Source of the DNA: Acutalibacteraceae bacterium
GTDB taxonomy: Bacteria; Bacillota; Clostridia; Oscillospirales; Acutalibacteraceae
Direction of reading: 5' to 3'
DNA: 64,000 nt
Assembly: GCA_045651745.1 (NCBI GenBank)
Contig: JAZRSW010000029.1
Span: 10,674-74,673 of the forward strand
Part shown: positions 8,192-16,301 of the stretch, piece after piece
How positions within the stretch are numbered: the stretch's first letter is position 1
Layout: each line of letters begins with the position of its first letter
Notes under the pieces: generated by a model
The model's input: only the letters and a program-made list of their open reading frames with translations
Databases searched by the model: none
Told to the model about the DNA's origin: nothing
Program-made: the position numbers and the translations under genes

Positions 8192-8221
8192 AGTTTGTAT
8201 GAATGGTGAAAGTAAAGGAAT

Positions 8222-8256
8222 GTGATAGCAAACCGTGATAGCAAAATGATAGCAAA
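8222..8256 (+). repeat. Three tandem copies of (G)TGATAGCAAA
   Basis: GTGATAGCAAA at 8222-8232 and 8235-8245, and TGATAGCAAA at 8247-8256. Spacing is 13 nt and 11 nt. Confidence 0.7.
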
Positions 8257-8383
8257 AGTTAGGACTACCTATGTATATAGGATAATCTAAAACAAAGCAA
8301 ATCAATTTGTGCCACTATGCTAAAACAAAATCGTTTAAGGTCGCTTTTGTGGTTGCGAGTGGGAATAATGTATAAGTAAAAAC

Positions 8384-8424
8384 AAATGCCCTTTTGCATT
8401 AAGCAAAAGGGCATTTGTTTTTTT
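8384..8424. terminator. Strong intrinsic terminator
   Basis: AAATGCCCTTTTGC-attaa-GCAAAAGGGCATTT followed by GTTTTTTT. An A-rich left flank makes it potentially bidirectional. Confidence 0.7.
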
Positions 8425-8446
8425 ACAAAGTTGAGACGAGGTAAAG

Positions 8447-8484
8447 CCAAAAATATCAGCCCCTGCTAAACTCAGCAGGGGCTG
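8447..8484 (-). terminator. Intrinsic terminator of the surface-protein gene
   Basis: Minus strand reads CAGCCCCTGCT-gagttt-AGCAGGGGCTG followed by ATATTTTTGG. Lies 29 nt downstream of the stop at 8513. Confidence 0.75.
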
Positions 8485-8512
8485 TGTTCGTTATTCAACT
8501 TTTTCTCTCAGC

Positions 8513-11500
8513 TTAAATAAGAAATTTTTTCTTTTTGAGAACGAGGATAGCCAAGAAAACGTTACCGAGAAGTGCAATACCCGCAATCGCAATCGCAACG
8601 ACTGTAACTGTATCTACGCCTTCTGCTTCAGTGACGTTGTTAGAGCCTGCAGGGACACTGTTATCTGCAGTGGCTTTCACACCAGTGTCGGTATCGCCAA
8701 TCCACCAGTTGCCATTCTCACCGATAAACGGAGTCAGGCCATCTTTGCCGTTTGTTACAGTAAATGTAAAGGTTTGACCATTGGTTAAGGTAATGGTGTA
8801 TGTATCTACATTTCCATCGCTAGCTGTCTTTTCAATCTTAGCAATTCCTACACCGTCAACACCGATATCACCCTTTTCACCATCGGAAATTGTGAATACA
8901 ACCGGCTGCTTTGTGGTATCTGTAAAGGTAATGGTAATGGTTGTTACATCGTTTTCTTTTTTGGTAGTAATGCTTGCAATTCCGTTACCTGTGTCACCCT
9001 TGATGCCGTTGGCATCTACACCGGTGTCGGTATCGCCAATCCACCAGTTGCCATTCTCACCGATATAAGGAATATAACCCTTAGCGGCATCAATGGCTTC
9101 CTGCTTTGCCTTTGCTATTTTCTCTTCCAGTTCGGCCTTCAATGCGGCATCAGCAGCAATATAATTGTCTTTGGTATTTTGGAGTGCAGTGATGGCATTT
9201 TGCAAATTTGCAATGGCGGCATTTACAGTTGTAGCATCTGCCTTGTTATCAATAGCTGCTTGCAATTCTGCCTTTGCTGCATCCACAAGATTCTTTGCAA
9301 CATCCACCGCCTCATCCTTGGCAGTAATAATAGTGGCATTCAAGGTTGTTACCGCACTGTCTGTATATGCCTTAGCGGTAGCTTCTGCTGTTGCAATAGC
9401 GGTATTTAACTCACTCACCTTTATATTAAGGGTGCTAATATCTGCTTTGCTATCAATCGCCGTTTGAAGCTCTGCTTTTGCTGTATTCACCAAGTTTTCC
9501 GCTGTAGTAATTGCTTCACTCTTTGCGGTGGCGATAGCTGCGGTTAGTTCGGTTTTCAGCACAGTATCTTTTTCGTCTGCATAGGCTTTTGCGGCTGCCT
9601 CAGCAACACCAATAGCGGTGTTAAGCTCGCTAACCTTCTGGTTTAAGGTTGCCGTGTCTGCCTTGTTTGTAATGGCCGCATTGAGCGCTGCAACGGCAGC
9701 ATCAAGATTTTGTTTTGCAATTTCTAATGAAGAAACCTTACCCTCAAGGGCATCGATTCTGTCTTCAAGGTCATCAATTCTTGCCTTTGTGGCAGCAATC
9801 TCAGCTTCCAAATTTTGAACAGCTACCTTGAGTTTGGAAATATCTGTGCCCTGTATTTCTGTAAGAGTTTGCAACGCGGTAATTGTGCTCTGTGCCTGGG
9901 TTTTCCAAGTGTTAAGAGTAGCAACATCACTCTTAAGTGTGGTGATATCGCTTGCGTTGGTATTAATCTTGTCGTTTGCTGCGGCAAGGTCTGCCTCAAG
10001 ATTCTGCACACAGGTAGTGAGTGCCGCAATAGCAGTACTCATAGTAGCATCAGCCGCGTCAAGTGTTGTTTTCAACATATTAAGTTGAGCGTCAGTTGCA
10101 TAATCATTATCAAGATTATTAACGATGTTCTGCAAGTTTGCAAATGCCGCAGAGAGAGCGGCGATTTCTGCGGAAAGATCGTCGTCTCCACCTTCAATTG
10201 CAGTTTGAAGTACATCGTCGGCATCATTTAGCTTCTGAAGTTCGCTTGCAATAGCAGGAAGGTCAATATCAAATACAACCGAGATTGAAACCGCTTGTGC
10301 GGGCATAGTGAAACTATATGTGCCGTCACCGTTATTAATTGCGGCAACGCCGTTGACAGTAACGGTGTCAACGAGATAGCCAAGATTGGGCGCAACCGCA
10401 ATGGTAACGCTGTCGCCAATGGTGGCACTCGCCATATTGACGGAATAGTTACCACCTGTGGCTTTTCCGCCATTAAACAAAGCTACGTTGTAAACAATTT
10501 TCTTATATGTAACGTCTACCACTACATCTGAGGCAGGCAATGGGAAGGTATACTCGTTTTCTGCAATTTTAGTTGCCACAGTACCAGTTGCTGTAACAGC
10601 ATCAACCTCGTAACCTTCGTTTGGTGCGATGGTCACAGTAATTGTATCGCCTACAAGAGCGCTCGGGGGAGCAAGTGTTACGCTTCCGTGCAAACTCTCA
10701 CCAACGCTTGCACCATAGGTGCGAAGCGAACAGTTGTAAGTAGCAGTATAGGTGGCAGCACTCGTGGCGGGGACAATTTCGTTATCCCAACCTGCAAAAG
10801 TATAGGTGTACACGGCATCCTCAGCCTTGTCTGTACTACCCTTAAATGCGGGGGTTTTTCCGTGTTCATAATCCTCGGTGGTTGTGACACCGTCTACAAT
10901 CCAAGTAATGGTATAAGTATTTATATATTTGCCGGAATTATCATTGGCTTTATATGCAACTGCAGTCGCACCGCTGTATCCGCCTCTTCCGCCGCTTCCG
11001 GCAGTGCCTCTATAGTTTTTTCCACTGCGACTTTCGATAGTCATATCAGCGCCATTGCCAGAGCTGCCATAAGAGCTAAGGCTACCGCTACCGCCGCTTG
11101 AAGACCATCGATGAACAGTTACAGAGTCTACACGGACGTTTTCACAATCATATTCCGGAATCGCTCCATCGCTTCCGTATGCGCCGCCACCGGATGTGCC
11201 GGCACCTTGGCCGCCACCACCGCCGCCGCCACCGACATAACGACCGCCCCAGATATAGCCGGCGCTACCGCCGCCGCCACCTTGGCCACCGCCACCGCCG
11301 CCGGTACCAACTGCAGCACCTGCAAGTCCGCCGCCACCACCGCCGCCGCCTGCGCCGCCGGCAATACCACGAGCGTCACCTTCATCGCCGTCATATCCAT
11401 TGCTTCCTCTTGAACCGGAGCTACCTGCGGAGCCTGCGCTTCCGCCGACAACACCGGTCATATCTATCGTAGCGGCACAAATTAATTTTCCTGCAGCAGA

Positions 11501-12160
11501 AGCAGAAGAACCGGATGCTCCCGCGCTTCCGCCATAACCGTTGCGATTACTGTCAACTATTCCGTCGTCTCTCCAACCACTTCCTCCGGAGCCACTACCA
11601 TATCCACCGCTACCGCCATTGGTGCCGATACCTGCACCTGCACCGCCACCGCCGTTTCCACCTGTGCCGCCGGCACCTGCAAAATAAACAGCGTTCGAGC
11701 CGAATTCACTTTTGTAATGACCATTCGTATTATCGTTGGCAATAGATCTGCTGCCGCTACCACCCGTTGAGCCGTTGCCTGCTTTACCACCAACTGCCAC
11801 AATCTTGCCGTTGCCGATAATCTTGAGGGTTGCGCCATTAGGCAACAGAATTGCAGCACCGCCACCGGTGGTTCCGCTACCGTTTTTACCGTAAACGGTG
11901 AGGGTAGTGCTATAAGGTATGCTGAGTGTTACGGTTGCACCATTATCAACAACAAGTCCGTTTTTATTTGACTTGCTTGCATTAATAGTTAAATCCTGCG
12001 TAATGAAATAAGTCACGCCATCTTTGAGGGTTTTGACCGAAGCGGTGTTTGCCGCAGTCAACTCCTCACTTGTCACCGCGCTGGCATTAACGCCCATCAA
12101 AGGCACGAGATTAACCATCATCACCAAGACGAGCAGCATACTTAAAATTTTCTTTTTCAT
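8513..12160 (-). CDS. Giant (1215 aa) multi-domain cell-surface protein with a C-terminal TM anchor
   Basis: ATG at 12160 with RBS GGAGGG. Signal peptide MKKKILSMLLVLVMMVNLVPLMGVNASA. ~310-aa Gly-rich region. One Listeria-Bacteroides type repeat (YTITWIVDG...YTFAGWDNE) and two InlB-B-like repeats. Ala-rich coiled-coil repeats (SELNTAI..AEA.AKAY twice). Two IGENGNWWIGDTDTGV modules with short collagen-like GxY runs. C-terminal TM helix plus KKKKFLI. Confidence 0.8.
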   Translation of the reverse strand: MKKKILSMLLVLVMMVNLVPLMGVNASAVTSEELTAANTASVKTLKDGVTYFITQDLTINASKSNKNGLVVDNGATVTLSIPYSTTLTVYGKNGSGTTGGGAAILLPNGATLKIIGNGKIVAVGGKAGNGSTGGSGSRSIANDNTNGHYKSEFGSNAVYFAGAGGTGGNGGGGAGAGIGTNGGSGGYGSGSGGSGWRDDGIVDSNRNGYGGSAGASGSSASAAGKLICAATIDMTGVVGGSAGSAGSSGSRGSNGYDGDEGDARGIAGGAGGGGGGGGLAGAAVGTGGGGGGQGGGGGSAGYIWGGRYVGGGGGGGGQGAGTSGGGAYGSDGAIPEYDCENVRVDSVTVHRWSSSGGSGSLSSYGSSGNGADMTIESRSGKNYRGTAGSGGRGGYSGATAVAYKANDNSGKYINTYTITWIVDGVTTTEDYEHGKTPAFKGSTDKAEDAVYTYTFAGWDNEIVPATSAATYTATYNCSLRTYGASVGESLHGSVTLAPPSALVGDTITVTIAPNEGYEVDAVTATGTVATKIAENEYTFPLPASDVVVDVTYKKIVYNVALFNGGKATGGNYSVNMASATIGDSVTIAVAPNLGYLVDTVTVNGVAAINNGDGTYSFTMPAQAVSISVVFDIDLPAIASELQKLNDADDVLQTAIEGGDDDLSAEIAALSAAFANLQNIVNNLDNDYATDAQLNMLKTTLDAADATMSTAIAALTTCVQNLEADLAAANDKINTNASDITTLKSDVATLNTWKTQAQSTITALQTLTEIQGTDISKLKVAVQNLEAEIAATKARIDDLEDRIDALEGKVSSLEIAKQNLDAAVAALNAAITNKADTATLNQKVSELNTAIGVAEAAAKAYADEKDTVLKTELTAAIATAKSEAITTAENLVNTAKAELQTAIDSKADISTLNIKVSELNTAIATAEATAKAYTDSAVTTLNATIITAKDEAVDVAKNLVDAAKAELQAAIDNKADATTVNAAIANLQNAITALQNTKDNYIAADAALKAELEEKIAKAKQEAIDAAKGYIPYIGENGNWWIGDTDTGVDANGIKGDTGNGIASITTKKENDVTTITITFTDTTKQPVVFTISDGEKGDIGVDGVGIAKIEKTASDGNVDTYTITLTNGQTFTFTVTNGKDGLTPFIGENGNWWIGDTDTGVKATADNSVPAGSNNVTEAEGVDTVTVVAIAIAGIALLGNVFLAILVLKKKKFLI

Positions 12161-12286
12161 CTTTTTCCCTCCAAAAACCATATTACATTTATGTTTTTGC
12201 TGTGGCATACTTGCCAAAATCCGCAAATGCGGCACAAGAATTCTATTTTTTGTTTAGCATATCATACAATGTATGACAAACCTCTT

Positions 12287-12330
12287 ACAAAAAACGAAAT
12301 AAGACGGTAGGACTAAATTGCTACCGTCTT
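12287..12330 (-). terminator. Intrinsic terminator ending the polysaccharide operon
   Basis: AAGACGGTAG-10 nt-CTACCGTCTT (12301-12330). The minus strand continues ATTTCGTTTTTTGT. Confidence 0.7.
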
Positions 12331-12376
12331 TGACACTATTCATATATTCATTCTGTAGTTATAATTTCAACATCCT

Positions 12377-12590
12377 TTATAACGGTTATAGAAAGTCGAA
12401 ATAGTGTTTAAAAGCACTATTTCGACACCAAATCTTAGATTTGGTCACAAATTTTCTTTGAAAATTTGACTTTAACCGTTGCAATGAATATCGAGCCAAT
12501 TCAAATTTATATTATTTGAATTGGCAAAAGCCGATATAATCGGCTTGTCGGAACGCTTTGAGGCGTTTCGACTTTCTATAATCATTATAA
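12377..12590. repeat. Hairpin-rich ~214-nt element with 25-nt terminal inverted repeats (copy E1)
   Basis: TTATAACGGTTATAGAAAGTCGAAA (12377-12401) against the reverse complement of 12566-12590 (TTATAATGATTATAGAAAGTCGAAA) gives 22/25 matches. Five internal perfect hairpins are present, for example GTCGAAATAGTG/CACTATTTCGAC, GCCAATTCAAAT/ATTTGAATTGGC and AAGCCGAT/ATCGGCTT. Homologous to 21568-21770. Confidence 0.75.
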
Positions 12591-12637
12591 TCTACAACTG
12601 TGTGGTTGTATTTATCAAATAAGACCAAAAAGTTGCA

Positions 12638-14845
12638 CTATTTGAACAGTTTATATAACTTTGTTTTCAAATTGTCTTTAATCGCACCGTATTTATTGAG
12701 CGCTGAATTTATGTTGTAATTTCCCCAAAATTCCTCATAACCGTCAGGTCTTTCGGTAGGCTTTTTGAGTTGTGGTTGCTTAGCGTTATCTAAATTAACA
12801 CTAACCTTTTTGCCCTTTATGCTATCAAACAACTCTCTGCCCTTTTCGGTGTTAACAAGCACCATTGAAACGCCTAACGAGTCTTCAAATTCAGGCTCGG
12901 TGTTTTCAATACCCCAGAAATCAGAAACCGTGATGTCGCTAACTCTTTCCTTTCTGGCAAACTTACAATCAAAGCAAGCTTCATCAGTCAGCAAATTACT
13001 ATAATAAAGACTCATAAACGATGAAATATATCTGTTTGATTTGACGCCATTATCCAAACTTGCGCTCGCCGAATCGCCACGCCAGGAAAGTTCCTTATTC
13101 CTGAAATGATATTTGTCAAAAGTCTCTCGTCCTTTAAGCCACAAAATAAAATCATCAAAAGCTTTCGGCGAAGGCACGCCGTGACAAATAATATCGCACA
13201 AATAAAGTTTTTCTTGTGGCAATTTTTTAGAATTAACAAAATTCAAGACCGCCGCCGTCTGGCAAGGAGTTCCCGTAAACAAAACTGTTCTTTGCACCTT
13301 TAAGTCATCAGACAGTTGCTCAAAAACACCCGTCATATCACTTTGAATATATTTTGTGCCCTGCACTAGGGCGATTTCTTTTTTGCTAGTTATTCTAATA
13401 TGTGAAAGTTTAAAATTTTTATCCAAACTTGCACCGTAAACACTGCCACCAATATTTATAATACTTTCGGCAAGTGCCGATGCCGCACCGCCCGAAGTTG
13501 ATTTTTTTCTTAAAGAATCTTTTGCCTTATAGGCAAAAACCTCAAGTACCTCATTTTTAAGCGGTGTGTTTTCTATAGGACAAGCCTTTTTACAAAGACC
13601 GCAATTTACACATTTGTTGCTATCAATATACGATTTAATAAAGCCTTGCCGATTTTTAATAAAACTGATTGCTTGGTTTTTACACACAGCCTTACAACCC
13701 CCGCAACCGACACAGTTTTCAGTTATCGGTGTTTTGGAAGCACTTAAAGCCGTCAACAAAAAGTTTTTCGACTGCTCAATGTATTCTTTTAAATTTTCAT
13801 TGACTTGATTGTAATCAACAACCTCTTTTGATTGTATTTTTTCTTGTACCAAACAATCCATTAGTCCTGCTTTTGTCAACAAATCGGTTATGCGACTGCC
13901 TCTACCCTTGTTGTCAAAGACATAAAAATCCTTTTCAAAAACAATTGAAAAAGCCGTGCCGTGGAATGAGTTTGTGACAACGTATTCTGCGTTTAAAATC
14001 GCGCCCAAAAACTCTTCGGGCGAAGCCGACGACAGTTGAATATGCTTTCGTTTGCGATTTTTACTTTGACAAATTTCTACAACCGCCAAATTCTTTTCCT
14101 TTGCAAACTCCAACGCCGCATTCAGCATAGCGTCATTACCCACGACACTATACACAAGTAAATAGGGCTTTTTAATCTTTATTGGCTTTGCAATTTTTAT
14201 GTATTCCGATTTTTCGAGAAGGAAAACGGGGTCGCAAACACACGAAACCTTTTTACCTGAAATTTTTTCGATATAATCGACTGATTTTGCTTCGCGGACA
14301 GAAACATAATCCATTCTGCCAATCAAGTTTGATGCCAACATTTCGTCGGTTTCGTTATATTTTTCTCTGCCCAAACTTGCGGCATAGGAAATCTTATTTT
14401 TAACCCCTAAAATATCACCAAAATAAATGGGGTTAATACCCTCAGTGATATCAGGGTTCCAAATCTGGTCAGAACCGCAAACAATGTCGGTATAATCCGC
14501 CTTAACAACCTCATTTAAAGAGTTATACTTCGGACTTTTGTCACACTTTCGCTCTCTGAATTTATAAAAAGCCTTTAACTTTTTATTTTTATCGGGTGCA
14601 GACAGAAACAACGCCAAAAGCAATTTTGATTTATGAATAAAAGAACTATTTTCATCGTTGTTCCACGACGATTTAAGCCAACTGAACAAATAATTATCCT
14701 TATCCAAATTTTTTGGCAAATAATCGACAATTTCCGCATCAAAACCACTATTATTCAAAAATCTCGCACTAGCAAAAGCCTGCAAATTAGCACCGTAATT
14801 GACGTTTCTGTGAACGGTGATTATGCCAATTTTATTGTCACTCAT
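12638..14845 (-). CDS. Fusion protein: polysaccharide pyruvyl transferase + 2x[4Fe-4S] ferredoxin + FrhB/FdhB-like (F420 hydrogenase beta-type) domain
   Basis: N-terminus KIGIITVHRNVNYGANLQAFASARFL (PS_pyruv_trans-like). CVGCGGCKAVCK and CVNCGLCKKACP clusters. KSTSGGAASALAE and the following sequence are FrhB-like. Confidence 0.75.
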   Translation of the reverse strand: MSDNKIGIITVHRNVNYGANLQAFASARFLNNSGFDAEIVDYLPKNLDKDNYLFSWLKSSWNNDENSSFIHKSKLLLALFLSAPDKNKKLKAFYKFRERKCDKSPKYNSLNEVVKADYTDIVCGSDQIWNPDITEGINPIYFGDILGVKNKISYAASLGREKYNETDEMLASNLIGRMDYVSVREAKSVDYIEKISGKKVSCVCDPVFLLEKSEYIKIAKPIKIKKPYLLVYSVVGNDAMLNAALEFAKEKNLAVVEICQSKNRKRKHIQLSSASPEEFLGAILNAEYVVTNSFHGTAFSIVFEKDFYVFDNKGRGSRITDLLTKAGLMDCLVQEKIQSKEVVDYNQVNENLKEYIEQSKNFLLTALSASKTPITENCVGCGGCKAVCKNQAISFIKNRQGFIKSYIDSNKCVNCGLCKKACPIENTPLKNEVLEVFAYKAKDSLRKKSTSGGAASALAESIINIGGSVYGASLDKNFKLSHIRITSKKEIALVQGTKYIQSDMTGVFEQLSDDLKVQRTVLFTGTPCQTAAVLNFVNSKKLPQEKLYLCDIICHGVPSPKAFDDFILWLKGRETFDKYHFRNKELSWRGDSASASLDNGVKSNRYISSFMSLYYSNLLTDEACFDCKFARKERVSDITVSDFWGIENTEPEFEDSLGVSMVLVNTEKGRELFDSIKGKKVSVNLDNAKQPQLKKPTERPDGYEEFWGNYNINSALNKYGAIKDNLKTKLYKLFK

Positions 14846-16301
14846 TTGTCGGGTTAATCTCCTTTTTCTTCATAGTTGTAAAGAGATTTATAATCTTATT
14901 TCTGAATATAACCGCTAAAACCATAATAACGATTAAAAGCACAATTTTCATAACTAAATTTTTCCAGAATACTAGACCGTATACCATCAAAAGTGCAAAA
15001 CCTGCGAAAATAGCAAGCAAAACTTTAAGATTGATTATTTCATCCAAATTTTTCTCGTACTTCTTTGCCAAGTAATAATAAGCAAAGAAATGAACGAAAC
15101 TTGTTATAAGTGTCGCATAGCCAACCGAAACCGGTCCCCAAAATTTAAAGCCCACATAATTTAAAATAATATTTGAAACCGCCGTAATCATTGTTGCAAC
15201 ACTCATCTGCTTGGTTTTTTCATAATAGAAAATTATATTGCCGACCAAACCTGTTACAAAAGAAACCTGAACACTAAATGCTAACGGCGCTACAAACCAC
15301 ACAGCATCCATATACTCTTTTGTTGCAAAGATAAGAATTCCCTCTCTTGCAAACAACACAATAATCTCGCAAATTACCGACACCAAAACACTACATCCTA
15401 AAACAACATTGTAAAGTTTTTTTACAGTTCCGCTTTTAATTGTTTGTAACGTATACGGAATTAACGAATTATTTATTGAGCCGGTTATAATACCTACAAC
15501 CCCCGTAATGCTATGGGCAATACTATACAATCCGGCTGCAGCTGCACCGACAAAATAGTCCAGCATCAACTTATCAGCAGAGTTAAGCATAACCTGTGAC
15601 AAATAATGCGGGAGTAACGGGACGTTGAATTTTAACGCGTATTTCCAGTATTCCTTATGATATAATTTCTTCCCCTTATATACAAGCATAACCATAATGG
15701 CTACGCCAACCATAATTCCCCAAAGTCCTGAGCCGATAACTTTAGCATAAGCCTTATTATCTTCCACAAGTTTTACAGCAATTATTGCAACAACAGGGCT
15801 TAAAATCGCATTAGAAAAAGTATATGCAATTACTTTTTTATAATCATATGTATATCTTCTCCGCATAAGCCAGAAGGATGTTGCGGCATTGGTAAACGTC
15901 TGCACCCACATAAAAACCAAATAGCTTACGCTTAAACCGAACAGTTGCGGAAAGACTGCGTTTATTAAAATACAGAAAACATACACAAGTATGGATGCTG
16001 CTGCAGTAAGACCAATCATAGAAGATGTTACTGTTTCAACATCCTTTTCATACTTGGTCATTGCAACATTATATACGCCACCCGCGAGGGACAGGGTTGC
16101 AAAAATACTGATAACACCCTCCCAGGTTATAAAAACGCTCGAAATGCCATAATCAGCAACATCTAAAAGTCGTGTGAAAATCGGTGTCGTTATAAAGGAA
16201 ATGCCCTTGAGCACAACATTGGACACAACAAACCAAAATGACGCTTTAGCTGCCGGCGACATATTATTAAGTTTTGTTAAAAAAGTTTTAATTTTACTCA
16301 T
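14838..16301 (-). CDS. wzx: Oligosaccharide flippase (Wzx, MOP superfamily)
   Basis: 487 aa with about 12-14 TM segments and a typical polysaccharide-biosynthesis-protein N-terminus. 8-nt overlaps with both neighbours. Confidence 0.75.
   Translation of the reverse strand: MSKIKTFLTKLNNMSPAAKASFWFVVSNVVLKGISFITTPIFTRLLDVADYGISSVFITWEGVISIFATLSLAGGVYNVAMTKYEKDVETVTSSMIGLTAAASILVYVFCILINAVFPQLFGLSVSYLVFMWVQTFTNAATSFWLMRRRYTYDYKKVIAYTFSNAILSPVVAIIAVKLVEDNKAYAKVIGSGLWGIMVGVAIMVMLVYKGKKLYHKEYWKYALKFNVPLLPHYLSQVMLNSADKLMLDYFVGAAAAGLYSIAHSITGVVGIITGSINNSLIPYTLQTIKSGTVKKLYNVVLGCSVLVSVICEIIVLFAREGILIFATKEYMDAVWFVAPLAFSVQVSFVTGLVGNIIFYYEKTKQMSVATMITAVSNIILNYVGFKFWGPVSVGYATLITSFVHFFAYYYLAKKYEKNLDEIINLKVLLAIFAGFALLMVYGLVFWKNLVMKIVLLIVIMVLAVIFRNKIINLFTTMKKKEINPTNE

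Noticed and set aside
10688-11865. Long ORFs in other frames and strands inside the glycine-rich part of the surface-protein gene (for example 11098-11472 +, 11111-11413 +, 11128-11454 -, 11515-11745 +, 11557-11865 -).
   Set aside because: Their translations are low-complexity (R/H-rich or A/V/T-rich). They simply mirror the GGN codon repeats of the real frame, have no RBS, and are fully nested in a well-supported 1215-aa gene.
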